A stretch of DNA of 64,000 nucleotides from the NCBI GenBank assembly GCA_035495255.1, contig DATJGD010000039.1, positions 54,677 through 118,676 on the forward strand, given 5' to 3'. The notes below the pieces were generated by a model. It ran no database searches and was not told the origin of the DNA. It saw nothing but the letters and a program-made list of their open reading frames with translations. This document shows positions 37,017 to 47,410 of the stretch, piece by piece; positions within the stretch are counted from its first letter, which is position 1; every line of letters begins with the position of its first letter. The stretch is from Bacteroidota bacterium (GTDB lineage Bacteria > Bacteroidota > Ignavibacteria > UBA10030 > SZUA-254). A program made the position numbers and the translations under genes.

Positions 37017-39420
37017 TGAAGAGGTTCCGGATATCCCAGTACATTGACAATGCCGTGAAGTTTCCGAACGTAAATTTCTTCGTGAATTTCACATTCATCG
37101 TGCTGTTGCTCGGCAGGCGGGCATTGTTGGGGAGAAACACGAGCGTCGTGTCTTCCGCCGTGAAGCCGTCTTTCGTCGGGAAGTATGTATACGGCCTTCC
37201 GGAATTGTAGCTCCATACGACGTTCGCGCCAATTTCAAACGGCAAGACGACGTCCACGACAGCTTTGAGTGTATGCAACTGGTCCCAGCTCAACGGATAG
37301 GGCTGATTGGCAACCTGGAATCCCCACTGCTGAACGTTGATCCCCTGGTTCACGTAGTCGCTGACCCCTTCCGTCCGCATGAGTGAATACGAGAGCGAAC
37401 CTGTCAGCCAATCGCTGTGGTGGCGGCTGAAGACAAGTTCCAGGCCCTCGGCATTCGCAAACGCATTGTTGACGTACTCCGCGAATCCATAGTCGCCGGC
37501 GAGCCGGGCCTTCGAGGGGAGAAACGTTTTCGAATCAATCTGGTCGATAAATTCTTTCTTAAAGTAGGTCGCGCTGATGAGATGCTGTTCATCGATGCCG
37601 AACTTGATCCCCACTTCCCACGCGTGCGTACGTTCGGGTTTGAGATCGGGATTGCCGACCAGCACGCTCACCCCGCTGCGAAGCTGCTGCGGATTGATGC
37701 CGGAGTAGAGATAATCGAACAAGGGAAACTGGAAGTAATGCCCGTAGCTCATGGTGAGGAGAATATTCCATGCAAGCGGGAACGACAAGCCCATGCGTGG
37801 GCTCAGCTGCTGTTTCAATGTCGCCGGGACAAAGCGCGTAATCTGCGACTGATACTGGCCCGCCGAGCTGTCCGGCTGGACATATTCTACGACAGGGCGC
37901 GCGCTCCGCGGATCCATGAAATCCCAGCGGACGCCGAGATTCACCACCGCGCCGTCTTTGTCGACTTCGAGTTTTTCCTGGAGATATGAGCTTCCCGTCC
38001 TCGGGTAATAGTGATACGCCGAGCTGTAATTCAGCAGCGGCTCATCGGGGAGAATCTTGCCGAAATATGTACGCTGCGGCTCATACTTCACGACATCCGA
38101 AAAAATATCGTACTGGTTAACCTCGAATCCGAACTTGATGATGTTATGCTGGTTCGGCTGGATGTCGAAATCGGTCTTTGCCGTGTAAATATTCTGCCGT
38201 GTATCGGCCCAATACGAACGGCTTCCCCGTACGACGTACTGCAGGAAGAAATCGTATTCGTACGGCACAAGGGAGATGTCTTCCTTGTTGTCGCCGATCT
38301 TGGATTCCAGAAAATAGTGGCTCAGGTTGAACGTGTAGTGGACGATGTCGGAGATCGTGTGCGAGAAGATCGCGCTCGTCCGGAACGAGTTCTTCGAACG
38401 CTTCGGCAGGCCGTCGAGGTTAAAACGCCAGCTGAATTCATAATCCCGGAATGACTTCAGCGAAAACACTTCCGACAGTGCGAGCCGCATCTTGGAGTTC
38501 ACCGTGAAGTCCAGCTTTCCGATGCCGCTGACATCTTTTGAGATCGGGGATGAAAAGAAATTGTCGAGATCCTGCCAGTAGCGGGTGTCGTTGTACCCCA
38601 GCGTCGCTGCGGCAAAATAATGAAGCTTTTCCTTGACGATCGGCCCGGAGAGCGTCAGTTCTGCCTCTGTGGATTTATTGTTCTGCGTGCTAAGGCTTCC
38701 CCCGATCCAGTTGTCCTTCTCCACTCTCAGGCTTCCCGTTGCCTTGTCGCTTCCCCGTTTCGTCACGATATTGACGACGCCGGAGAGCGCGTTTCCATAC
38801 TCGGCTTCGAACCCGCCGGACTGGATTGAAAATTCTGTGATTGAGCTCTTCGGCAGTCCGCCGCCTGCGCCTCCGCCGACCACGTCCTGGAGCGGCAAGC
38901 CGTCGACCAAATAGACCACTTCGGACGATTTCCCGCCGCGCACGTTTCCTTCCGCAGTCACGCTGGGAAACAGCGCGAGGAGATCCTGAACGTCGCGGAT
39001 CGGGAGTTTCTCGACCTGCTGAGAACTGACGGAGAACTGTGTACTCGTCACATCCCGCTCGATCGCCGGACGCTCCGCCGTAACCTGAATCTCCGAAAGT
39101 TCAACCGATGACTGCGCCAGTTCGATCTCGAGTTTCGTTCTGAGATCGGGCCGGACGGTCACTTTTTTATACAGCATCGGCTGATAGCCGACATTGGTGA
39201 AGCGGAGATCGTAGACGCCCGCTTCGACATTGCTGATGATAAAATACCCTTCGGCGTTGGTCGCCGCACCCTGCGACGTCCCGACGAGGATAACGCTCAC
39301 ACCGATGAGCGGTTCTTTGGATTCCTTATCGACAACCTTCCCCTCAATTATCCCGGCAGTACCGGCGAACAACGATGACATCGATATCAGGACAAGCACA
39401 CACGTTACCAACAGACGCAT
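36901..39420 (-). CDS. TonB-dependent outer-membrane receptor with N-terminal carboxypeptidase-regulatory-like (CarbopepD_reg) domain
   Basis: Signal peptide; CarbopepD_reg (GIIEGKVVDKESKEPLIGVSVILVGTSQGAATNAEGYFII…); plug and 22-strand barrel ending …RVSVGMRYEL. Confidence 0.85.
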   Translation of the reverse strand: MRLLVTCVLVLISMSSLFAGTAGIIEGKVVDKESKEPLIGVSVILVGTSQGAATNAEGYFIISNVEAGVYDLRFTNVGYQPMLYKKVTVRPDLRTKLEIELAQSSVELSEIQVTAERPAIERDVTSTQFSVSSQQVEKLPIRDVQDLLALFPSVTAEGNVRGGKSSEVVYLVDGLPLQDVVGGGAGGGLPKSSITEFSIQSGGFEAEYGNALSGVVNIVTKRGSDKATGSLRVEKDNWIGGSLSTQNNKSTEAELTLSGPIVKEKLHYFAAATLGYNDTRYWQDLDNFFSSPISKDVSGIGKLDFTVNSKMRLALSEVFSLKSFRDYEFSWRFNLDGLPKRSKNSFRTSAIFSHTISDIVHYTFNLSHYFLESKIGDNKEDISLVPYEYDFFLQYVVRGSRSYWADTRQNIYTAKTDFDIQPNQHNIIKFGFEVNQYDIFSDVVKYEPQRTYFGKILPDEPLLNYSSAYHYYPRTGSSYLQEKLEVDKDGAVVNLGVRWDFMDPRSARPVVEYVQPDSSAGQYQSQITRFVPATLKQQLSPRMGLSFPLAWNILLTMSYGHYFQFPLFDYLYSGINPQQLRSGVSVLVGNPDLKPERTHAWEVGIKFGIDEQHLISATYFKKEFIDQIDSKTFLPSKARLAGDYGFAEYVNNAFANAEGLELVFSRHHSDWLTGSLSYSLMRTEGVSDYVNQGINVQQWGFQVANQPYPLSWDQLHTLKAVVDVVLPFEIGANVVWSYNSGRPYTYFPTKDGFTAEDTTLVFLPNNARLPSNSTMNVKFTKKFTFGNFTALSMYWDIRNLFNAENAKWSDANGRIGGQLGDPSAYYEPRRVSVGMRYEL

Positions 39421-39422
39421 AC

Positions 39423-40982
39423 TTACTGCTCCGGTTTCATTTGTGGAAAGAAAAGGACATCTCGTATCGAATCTTGATTCGTAAACAACATCGTCAGGCG
39501 GTCGATCCCTATGCCGAGCCCGGCGGTTGGCGGCATGCCGTACTCGAGGGCACGGATAAAATCTTCGTCCAATACCTGAGCCTCCTCGTCTCCTCCTGCG
39601 CGCAGCTTCATCTGCTCTTCGAACCGCCGCCGCTGATCGATGGGATCATTGAGCTCGCTGAACGCGTTGCACAGTTCGTGCCCGTTGACAATCGCCTCAA
39701 ACCGTTCGACAAGCCCCTCTTCGCTCCGGTGCTGCTTCGCAAGCGGGGACATCTCGAGCGGATAGTCCGTAATAAACGTCGGCTGGATCAGTTTCGGCTC
39801 GACATGCTCGCTGAAGATCTCGTCGATGATCGTTCCGGCGCCGGCGCCCGGCTCCACATCGCAATGAAGCTCCTTCGCGATCTTCCGGAGGTCCGCGAGG
39901 GATTTCCCCCTGAGATCCTTTCCGGTATATTCGCGGATGGCGTCAAACATCGTGATGCGCTTCCATGGAGGAGTGAAATCTATTTCATTTTCGCCGACCA
40001 CCCATTTCGTCGTTCCGTTCACTTCCTTCGCCGCGGTGGCGATGAGGTCTTCTACCATTTCCATCATCCAACGGTAGTCTTTGTACGCGACGTACACTTC
40101 GAGCATCGTGAACTCGGGGTTGTGAGATTTATCCATTCCCTCGTTCCGGAAATCCTTGGCAAATTCATAGACGCCGTCGTAGCCGCCGACGATGAGGCGT
40201 TTGAGATAGAGTTCGTCTGCGATGCGAAGAAATAATTCGACATCGAGCGCGTTATGGTGAGTCGTAAAAGGACGGGCGAAGGCGCCGCCGTAGAGCGGCT
40301 GCAAGATCGGTGTTTCGACTTCCAGATATCCCCTTGCGTCGAAGTACTTTCTCACAGATTGAATAAGCTTTGCCCGCTTGACAAAAACTTCCCTGACGCC
40401 GGAGTTAACGACAAGATCGACGTAGCGCTGGCGGTAGCGAAGCTCTTTGTCGGCAAAGGGATCGAACAGCGTCTTATTGCCGTTCTCATCTGTTTTTTCC
40501 TTGACAACCGGCAGAGGGCGAAGAGATTTTGATAAGAGCTCAACCCGGCGGGCGTGTACTGAAACTTCTCCCATCCGTGTCTTAAAGACAAACCCCTCGA
40601 CGCCGACAATATCGCCGATATCGAGAAGCTTGAACGCGTCGTACATCTCTCCGAGATCGTCTTTCTTGAGGTAAATCTGGATTCTTCCCTGCGAGTCCTG
40701 AAGATGGCAAAACGACGCCTTCCCCATAGCGCGTATCGACATAATCCGGCCGGCGACAGAAACGTTTCGCTCAGTCCCCTCTGCATAATTTCCCAGGATA
40801 TCACTTGAAAAATCGGTGCGGTCAAAGCTGTGGGGGTACGGATTTATCCCGCGCTGACGAAGCTGCTCCAGCTCCTCACGCCGGCGAAGCATGAGTTCGT
40901 TAAGCTCTTCTTGAGTTGATGTTTCAGAATCGGGAGAAGGCAAATCTGCCTTTTGTGCAACTTTTTGGTGATGAACTTCCAT
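39423..40982 (-). CDS. lysS: Lysine--tRNA ligase (class II)
   Basis: OB anticodon-binding N-domain; class II motifs …[18 protein letters not shown]… and …[15 protein letters not shown]…. Confidence 0.95.
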   Translation of the reverse strand: MEVHHQKVAQKADLPSPDSETSTQEELNELMLRRREELEQLRQRGINPYPHSFDRTDFSSDILGNYAEGTERNVSVAGRIMSIRAMGKASFCHLQDSQGRIQIYLKKDDLGEMYDAFKLLDIGDIVGVEGFVFKTRMGEVSVHARRVELLSKSLRPLPVVKEKTDENGNKTLFDPFADKELRYRQRYVDLVVNSGVREVFVKRAKLIQSVRKYFDARGYLEVETPILQPLYGGAFARPFTTHHNALDVELFLRIADELYLKRLIVGGYDGVYEFAKDFRNEGMDKSHNPEFTMLEVYVAYKDYRWMMEMVEDLIATAAKEVNGTTKWVVGENEIDFTPPWKRITMFDAIREYTGKDLRGKSLADLRKIAKELHCDVEPGAGAGTIIDEIFSEHVEPKLIQPTFITDYPLEMSPLAKQHRSEEGLVERFEAIVNGHELCNAFSELNDPIDQRRRFEEQMKLRAGGDEEAQVLDEDFIRALEYGMPPTAGLGIGIDRLTMLFTNQDSIRDVLFFPQMKPEQ

Positions 40983-41124
40983 TGAAAATAGCTAAGGGCG
41001 GAAACTTTGGTCTAAAATGATAGCAAAAATGGGCTTAATATGCAAGAACCAAAACAAAAAGCCCCCTCCCGGGTCCATTTCCCGAGAGAGAGCTCGTTAT
41101 GCGGTTGTTTCTGCTGCTGTTAAG

Positions 41125-42225
41125 TTAATCTATGTTGAAAAGGCTTGCCCGAATATCGCGCTTGATGTCGATAAGTTTCTCTTTCAGTTCGCGCTTGAAA
41201 TTCTGCAAATCTTCCTTGAACTGATGGATCTTCGGTACCGCGCGCCCCGGGGAGACATTCCAGTTGAACTGGTGAACGTAGGCGTGAGGAGCCGGAATAC
41301 CCATCATCATACCATTGTACGAAGTGTCGTCGTCATCTTCATCCTCGTCCCCATCCCTATCACCGGAATCGTGTTCGATATGCCAGGTGAGTGTCACCGA
41401 CTTCCCTTTGCGTATGACATCGCACTTCGCGTCTTTATTATCCTGGTTGCTCAGAGCATCGTGAAGGTCGTCGAGATCGCGTATACGGTCACCGTTCACT
41501 TTGGTCAGAACATCCCCGGCCTTGAACCCTGCTTTTTCGGCACTGCTTCCTTTTTCCACACTGGCGACGAGCATGCCTCCGTTATCAGGAACATCGAAAT
41601 ATTCCGATAATTGTTTCGTCATGCTCTGCAAATCGAGGCCGTTGGTCTCATCGTTGAAGAAGAAATGACCGTCCCCATGCATCCTCGGGATCATGGGCGC
41701 CCGCGGAGCTCTCGGTGAGCGCGGTATCCGTGGAATCGTCATGCGCCAGCTGTTGCCGGATCCGTTTCCAAAGCCGTTGCCAAAGCCATTGCCGAACCCA
41801 TTCCCAAATCCGTAGGCATAGACATCAGGATCATTTGATCTGCCGATCTTTGCGGTGAGCGTCTTTTTATCCGCTCCCCGCACGATGTCGACTTTTACTT
41901 CAGTCTTCGGTTTGATTTTCGAAACCGCATTTGTGAGATCGGCGCCATCCTCAATGGACTTTCCGTCCACCTTTACAATCACATCTCCCTCTTTAATCCC
42001 CGCCTCTTCGGCCGGGCTGTCCTCGATGACGTCGCTGACATATGCCCCTTCACTAACGGTGAGCTTTTCTTTTTCTTTGAGCCGCTTGGTGACATCCTGG
42101 ATCTCGACGCCAAGCCAGCCCTTCTTGCCCGAGTTGAGCGACATGACGCGCGTCTGCGCGCATCCGTAGGCGACGGCAAGCAACACGATCCCGGTCACAA
42201 GCAGCAAAATTCTTGGGTATTTCAT
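41125..42225 (-). CDS. Secreted tandem-PDZ protein with low-complexity linker
   Basis: Signal peptide; PDZ1 (…GWLGVEIQDV…GIKEGDVIVKVDG…); (GFGN)4 and (R-x-P-R) repeats; PDZ2 (…KAGFKAGDVLTKVNG…); acidic tail. No protease domain. Confidence 0.7.
   Translation of the reverse strand: MKYPRILLLVTGIVLLAVAYGCAQTRVMSLNSGKKGWLGVEIQDVTKRLKEKEKLTVSEGAYVSDVIEDSPAEEAGIKEGDVIVKVDGKSIEDGADLTNAVSKIKPKTEVKVDIVRGADKKTLTAKIGRSNDPDVYAYGFGNGFGNGFGNGFGNGSGNSWRMTIPRIPRSPRAPRAPMIPRMHGDGHFFFNDETNGLDLQSMTKQLSEYFDVPDNGGMLVASVEKGSSAEKAGFKAGDVLTKVNGDRIRDLDDLHDALSNQDNKDAKCDVIRKGKSVTLTWHIEHDSGDRDGDEDEDDDDTSYNGMMMGIPAPHAYVHQFNWNVSPGRAVPKIHQFKEDLQNFKRELKEKLIDIKRDIRASLFNID
41758..41811 (-). repeat. Tandem 12-nt coding repeat encoding (GFGN)4-GSGN in the PDZ protein
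   Basis: Plus strand ccaaagccgttgccaaagccattgccgaacccattcccaaatcc. Confidence 0.7.
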
Positions 42226-42346
42226 TACTCTCTCTCCTCTGAAGAATGGATAATTGGACTTTATTCTGAGTATTAGACTCAGCAGCCGTGAAATAGGTTG
42301 ACGAAATCCCGCTCCCGGTGTTGTTAAATAGTGTTAAACGGGGGCA

Positions 42347-42811
42347 TTACATGAGGCGCAGATGCTTCATGCCATCCTCACCCCGGACTATCGAATTGTG
42401 CACGATCCGGAGCGCTTCCCGCTGGCCGTGCCAGGTGAGGGTGCGAAGCGCATCGTCCAGGCTGCACCATTTGTATTCGTCGTGTTCACCGGAAAGTTTC
42501 GGTTCACTGCCGGCGGGGACCTGGGCGGCGAACATGGGATCCAGGTTCACCGAATCATACTCCGGATCGTAGAACGAATTGATGTACGGGAGGGCCCAAA
42601 ACGCCTTCGGCTGGAAGCCGGTCTCCTCCCGGAGCTCCCGTAGCGCGGTAACTTTTGCCGGCTCGTTGCTGTCGATCGTACCGCTGACAAACTGCCAGAT
42701 ATTGGGATAAATCTTTTCGTCTTTCGACCGGTGGAGCATAAGGTACAATGCGCGGTCGCCTTCGAATTTGAAAATGCAGACTTCGACAAATTTGGAGATG
42801 ATGGATGGCAT
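42347..42811 (-). CDS. NUDIX hydrolase
   Basis: Nudix box GTIDSNEPAKVTALRELREETG. Confidence 0.8.
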   Translation of the reverse strand: MPSIISKFVEVCIFKFEGDRALYLMLHRSKDEKIYPNIWQFVSGTIDSNEPAKVTALRELREETGFQPKAFWALPYINSFYDPEYDSVNLDPMFAAQVPAGSEPKLSGEHDEYKWCSLDDALRTLTWHGQREALRIVHNSIVRGEDGMKHLRLM

Positions 42812-42881
42812 GAATAGGGTGAGTGGGCGAGTGGGTCGTGGTTGCGAGTAATTGTTATTGGTTCATAGTTTGAGGCCCCGG

Positions 42882-43439
42882 CTATTTTGTTGGTGCCGGA
42901 TTGATAATGTAGATTCGATCCTGGGCTGATGCGATCCCCGCCAGGCCTCCGAGAAATCCGCCGGCGGTTGCTCCGGCAGCGGCGCCGATAAGCACGTGCA
43001 AATTATGATCCTCTCCGGCTGTTACCTTGCCTCCGATGCTCGCCCCGATGACGCCTCCGAGTGCACCGCCGATCAAAAAGCCTGCAATCCCGCCGGACAA
43101 TCTATTCGGTCCTTTCGAGATCGCACGAATCGTCGAAACATGCGCCCGGGACAAATTGCTCCCGGCTGGGTCTGTCCAAAAAAGAGTGTCTTGCCGGAGG
43201 GAAACGTTCTTCGCCGCAACGGTTCTATCATTCTGAAAAAGTATCGACACGTCTTCGTCCCGCACTTGAGTATTAAAATCGTCATACGAGAGCGCTCCCG
43301 GCCCGCGGGCACTCGTCACTGTGGAGGTCGAGCTGCATCCCCAGAGAATGATGCAACCGGTAAAAACAACGATAGTCCTGATGGGATTTTTTTTCATGCA
43401 GTTATCATCTCCAATTCTTCTTGCTTGAGATCCCGCCAT
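42882..43439 (-). CDS. Glycine-zipper lipoprotein, hypothetical; probable start MKKNPIRTIV… at ~43397
   Basis: Lipobox WGCSS; C-terminal Gly-zipper …GGIAGFLIGGALGGVIGASIGG…GAAAGATAGGFLGGLAGIASA. Confidence 0.5.
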   Translation of the reverse strand: MAGSQARRIGDDNCMKKNPIRTIVVFTGCIILWGCSSTSTVTSARGPGALSYDDFNTQVRDEDVSILFQNDRTVAAKNVSLRQDTLFWTDPAGSNLSRAHVSTIRAISKGPNRLSGGIAGFLIGGALGGVIGASIGGKVTAGEDHNLHVLIGAAAGATAGGFLGGLAGIASAQDRIYIINPAPTK

Positions 43440-44134
43440 TCCCCCGGCTTCAGGCCACTCACCCTGAAGCTGCCGATGGCAATTCGTTTCAGAGAGACTA
43501 TAGTGTAGCCAAAATGCTCAAACATTCTCCTCACCTGGCGGTTCTTCCCTTCATGAATCGTGATTTCCAGATTTTTCCCGTGAACATTTTTCACTTTTGC
43601 CGGTTGGTAATATTCCTCGTCAACTCTCATTCCCTTCTCCATGATCGCGATATCATCGGGGGTAGCGGCTTCATCGAGTTCAACGGCGTACGTTTTGGAA
43701 ATTTTGGATTTCGGATTCGTCAGCAGCTCGCCGAATCGGTGATCGTTCGTGAGGATTAAAAGCCCCGTGGTCTCCCTATCAAGCCGGCCAACAGGGAAGA
43801 CCCATTTACCAATGTCGCCAAGGACGTCATAGACAGTCATTCTCCCCTTCTCATCCGAGCGGGTCGTAAGTACGCCGGCAGGTTTGTTCATGACGATGTA
43901 GCGATCTTGCTTCTTGCCGAGCGATTGTCCTTCAATCGCGATTTTATCATGCGAAAGCGAACATCTCTTGGCAATCGATCGAACGATCTCCCCGTTAAGC
44001 CTTACCTTGCCTTCGAGCACCAACTCTTCGGCCTGCTTCCGGGAACAGTATCCGAGTTTTGAAATGGCGCGGGCGATGCTGACATCGCGGCTGATATGTC
44101 GAGGGGTCTTTGTCATGGGATAAAAAAAGCCCAA
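43394..44134 (-). CDS. rRNA pseudouridine synthase, RsuA/RluB family (S4 domain + catalytic domain); probable start MTKTPRHIS at ~44116
   Basis: S4 domain (…RISRDVSIARAISKLGYCSRKQAEELV…); catalytic Asp motif VGRLDRETTGLLILTND. Confidence 0.85.
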   Translation of the reverse strand: MGFFYPMTKTPRHISRDVSIARAISKLGYCSRKQAEELVLEGKVRLNGEIVRSIAKRCSLSHDKIAIEGQSLGKKQDRYIVMNKPAGVLTTRSDEKGRMTVYDVLGDIGKWVFPVGRLDRETTGLLILTNDHRFGELLTNPKSKISKTYAVELDEAATPDDIAIMEKGMRVDEEYYQPAKVKNVHGKNLEITIHEGKNRQVRRMFEHFGYTIVSLKRIAIGSFRVSGLKPGEWRDLKQEELEMITA

Positions 44135-44176
44135 CCTTTGTGAGATTGAGCTTTAGTATACACGATGAAGAGACTC

Positions 44177-45325
44177 TTATGCCAGGACCGCATCCGTTTG
44201 TGTAAACAACAGATGGTCATGGTAATAGTGCATCAAGAGGAACGAAAGGACGACCACATAGTAACACTGGTCAAAATTGAACCCGAGCGCGTGCCGGTTG
44301 AGCAGGAGGACGGCGATCATGGCAACTGCACCCAGCGCGCATGCGACATTAAAGAAGTAGAATTTCCAGGTTTTTCCTTCGAGCGACATATTCCGGATGA
44401 GGGGTGTGCTGATTCCCTCCTTTTGCTGCCGGACTCTATTAATGTAGTACGTCAGGCCAAGATACTGGAACGAATGCCAGGTGTTGAAGCCCTGGAACGC
44501 CACGTCAAGCTCGTGGTACGCCGGAATAAAGAATGAAACGACAATCGTCAACCCCATAAGCAAGGCTTTGGGATAGTGCAGCTCGCCTCTCTGATATTCC
44601 CTGTACGTCCTGGCGATCCAAAGGGTGAGCGAAATGCCGAAGATCATCACAACAAGAAGGAAAATTCCCCAGCCGAGGTTCGGATTCGCCTGAATCGTCA
44701 AGGCTTCGGGGAACATGATCTTGTTCTGGCCTATGCTGAAGTTGTCGTTCACCATTCTCCAGACGCCGATAGGATAGAGTGATGAAAAAACAACGACATA
44801 GTCGAGTATCCGCGAAGGCAGTGAGATCGGCTTGACGCTCTTCAGGTTGTAGCAGTCGATAATGTAGGCCATCTGGTGAAGGATGTGAACCGACGCCCAG
44901 AAGAAAAAGAGGGTGATGAGCAGCTGGAAATTTATGAATCCGAGCCAAATGACAAAAAATGGCAGAACCAGCGAGCCAAGGAGGAAGAACAGATGTTTCT
45001 TTCTGAAATCGCCGTCAAGGAACGTCCGGGTATACGTCGAGTACATGTGCGGCCCGCCGATGAAAAGGGCGATCATGCCGTTCACAGTGTTCCGGCTGAC
45101 ATCGAGGACATCGCTCGGTGTAACGCCAAAAGTGGTGGCAATGGCGTTGATGCTCAGCAGATACTTGAAGACCTCGTAGGCGCCAAATGGCAGCAGCACC
45201 AGAACGGCGCTGAGGCTGATAAACGTAAGATCCCATGTTCGGTTGTTGAGCCAAAGGTTCTCGGACACTTCGTTCGAACGTGAACCAAGGGCAACAGAGT
45301 ATGTAGAGTTCATCGTTTCCTCCAC
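44177..45325 (-). CDS. Polytopic membrane protein, hypothetical (His-containing motifs)
   Basis: About 10 predicted TM helices; …ASVHILHQMAY… and …NTWHSFQYLGL…; 382 aa. Confidence 0.4.
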   Translation of the reverse strand: MEETMNSTYSVALGSRSNEVSENLWLNNRTWDLTFISLSAVLVLLPFGAYEVFKYLLSINAIATTFGVTPSDVLDVSRNTVNGMIALFIGGPHMYSTYTRTFLDGDFRKKHLFFLLGSLVLPFFVIWLGFINFQLLITLFFFWASVHILHQMAYIIDCYNLKSVKPISLPSRILDYVVVFSSLYPIGVWRMVNDNFSIGQNKIMFPEALTIQANPNLGWGIFLLVVMIFGISLTLWIARTYREYQRGELHYPKALLMGLTIVVSFFIPAYHELDVAFQGFNTWHSFQYLGLTYYINRVRQQKEGISTPLIRNMSLEGKTWKFYFFNVACALGAVAMIAVLLLNRHALGFNFDQCYYVVVLSFLLMHYYHDHLLFTQTDAVLA

Positions 45326-45485
45326 AATTCTGAGTTGAATTCGTGAATTTGGATAGCAATCTCCGGTAAAGTTGTTACAAAAATACGCCTTTTCCCGTAA
45401 AAAGTCAAGGACTTTGCCGTTTTCCCCTCAATTTTGGTAATTCCGAGCCTCACTGCACCCCTACCGGTGTGTCAGCCTTCTTTCC

Positions 45486-47372
45486 TCATTTCAGCCCGCC
45501 ATACATCCGGTCTATAATATCCTTGTACTTTTCATTAATGACCTTGCGCCTCACCTTCAATGTCGGCGTAAGCTCCCCCTCTTCAATTGTAAAAGGGTTA
45601 CTTAATAGAGTGAACTTCCGCACTCGTTCGTAACTCGGCAGGTCCTGTTGGAGCAGGTTTATTTCCAGGTCGAACAGCTTAATGACATCGGGCTTTTCAA
45701 TAAGCTCCTGCCGGGCTGACAGGGGAACATGATTGAGCTTCGCAAAGTCTTTCAACACATCAAAATCGGGGACGATCAGCGCGGTCAGATACAAACGTCC
45801 GTCACCGATGAGGACAAATTGGTCGATGTATTTGCTCTGGAGAAAATGGCTTTCGATGGGCTGGGGGGCGATATTCTTTCCACCTGAGGTTACAAACAGA
45901 TGCTTTTTGCGATCGGTAATATGTAAGAAACCCTCTTCATCGAACATCCCGATGTCTCCTGTATGAAGCCAGCGGTCTTCATCGATCGCTTCACGCGTCG
46001 CGGCCTCATCATTCCAATAACCCTGCATAATATTGGGCCCGCGGGCGAGAATCTCTCCGTCGGGGGCGATCTTCACTTCGACTCTGGCAATCGGTTTTCC
46101 AACGGTCCCAAACTTGTAATCATCGAGCCGGTTCACAGAGATAACGGGAGAACTTTCCGTTAACCCATATCCCTCGATCACCTGCAGGCCGATCGCTTCG
46201 AAGAACTCTCCGTACTCCCTCGGGAGGGCTGCGCCCCCCGAGACAAGAAATCGAACCTTTCCTCCCGTTCGCTCTTTAAGTTTACGAAACACAAGTCGTT
46301 CCGCGATCGACCGCTGGATCGACAGTTGTGGGAGCGTGCGCCCTTCGCGTTTGGCGCGGGCGTATTTCCGGCCGGTATTGACCGCCCAGTAGAATACTCT
46401 CCTGTTGAGAGGTGTCTCGGCATCAACCTGTTTATGGATTCTATTATAGATTCGTTCGTAAAAGCGGGGAACGCCGGTGAGAATCGTGGGCCTTATTTCG
46501 GCCAGATTTTCCCTCACCGTATCGATGCTCTCGGCGTAGGCAATGGTAGCGCCACATGAAACCGCCGTGTAATATCCCCCCATCCGCTCAAAGGAATGGC
46601 AGAGAGGAAGAAAGGACAAGAGCGTATCATCATGTGAAAAAGGAAGGCATTCCAGCGCGCCCATGATGTTGCTTACCAGATTGTCATGGCTCAGCATCAC
46701 CCCTTTCGGATTTCCCGTCGTACCCGAAGTATAGATAAGTGTCAACAAATCCTGAGGTTGGGTTTTGAAGGCGGCCTCCAGAAGAGGAGAGCGCTCATCT
46801 TTATGCTGTGCTTCTCCCATCTTGATAACGGCGGAGAATTTTCTGACCCGGCTGTCTTCGGCGGTTCCCTTGTCATTCATGACGATGATGCCCTGAAGCG
46901 ACGGAACCTCTGCGGCGATCTTCAGGAGTTTATTCAGCTGCATCTGGTTCGAAACGACGGCAAATTTCACGCCCGCATCGTTGAAAATATATTCGATTTG
47001 TTTCGGCGTGAACGTAGGATAGAGAGGAACATTGATAGCTCCCAGGCACATCATCCCCATGTCGGCGACAACCCATTCCGGTCGGTTCTCCGAGATGAGC
47101 CCAACCATGTCTCCCTTCTTCACCCCGATCCCTGAAAGCCCGAGGGCAAACCGTTCTACGGTAGAGCGGACATTCCGGAAACTAATTCCTTTATAAATTC
47201 CTTCCACCTTATGCATAAGGAGCGGCCGCGATTCGTGCTGGAACCGGCATGTGACCTTATCGAACATCTCGATGATCGTTGAAAATTCTACTGCGGAACC
47301 CACCGTGCCAAAAAATATTTTTTGATTGAAAAATGTCTCCCCTGAACCGAGAGATGGGATTGTAACTGACAA
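45486..47372 (-). CDS. Long-chain-fatty-acid--CoA ligase (AMP-binding superfamily); true start possibly internal (MFDKV… ~47267)
   Basis: AMP-binding motif LIYTSGTTGNPKGVMLSHDNL; …YGLTESSP…; 628 aa. Confidence 0.85.
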   Translation of the reverse strand: MSVTIPSLGSGETFFNQKIFFGTVGSAVEFSTIIEMFDKVTCRFQHESRPLLMHKVEGIYKGISFRNVRSTVERFALGLSGIGVKKGDMVGLISENRPEWVVADMGMMCLGAINVPLYPTFTPKQIEYIFNDAGVKFAVVSNQMQLNKLLKIAAEVPSLQGIIVMNDKGTAEDSRVRKFSAVIKMGEAQHKDERSPLLEAAFKTQPQDLLTLIYTSGTTGNPKGVMLSHDNLVSNIMGALECLPFSHDDTLLSFLPLCHSFERMGGYYTAVSCGATIAYAESIDTVRENLAEIRPTILTGVPRFYERIYNRIHKQVDAETPLNRRVFYWAVNTGRKYARAKREGRTLPQLSIQRSIAERLVFRKLKERTGGKVRFLVSGGAALPREYGEFFEAIGLQVIEGYGLTESSPVISVNRLDDYKFGTVGKPIARVEVKIAPDGEILARGPNIMQGYWNDEAATREAIDEDRWLHTGDIGMFDEEGFLHITDRKKHLFVTSGGKNIAPQPIESHFLQSKYIDQFVLIGDGRLYLTALIVPDFDVLKDFAKLNHVPLSARQELIEKPDVIKLFDLEINLLQQDLPSYERVRKFTLLSNPFTIEEGELTPTLKVRRKVINEKYKDIIDRMYGGLK

Positions 47373-47410
47373 TTATAGCTGACTCGCGGGTCAAAAGCAA
47401 AACAAGCCCA

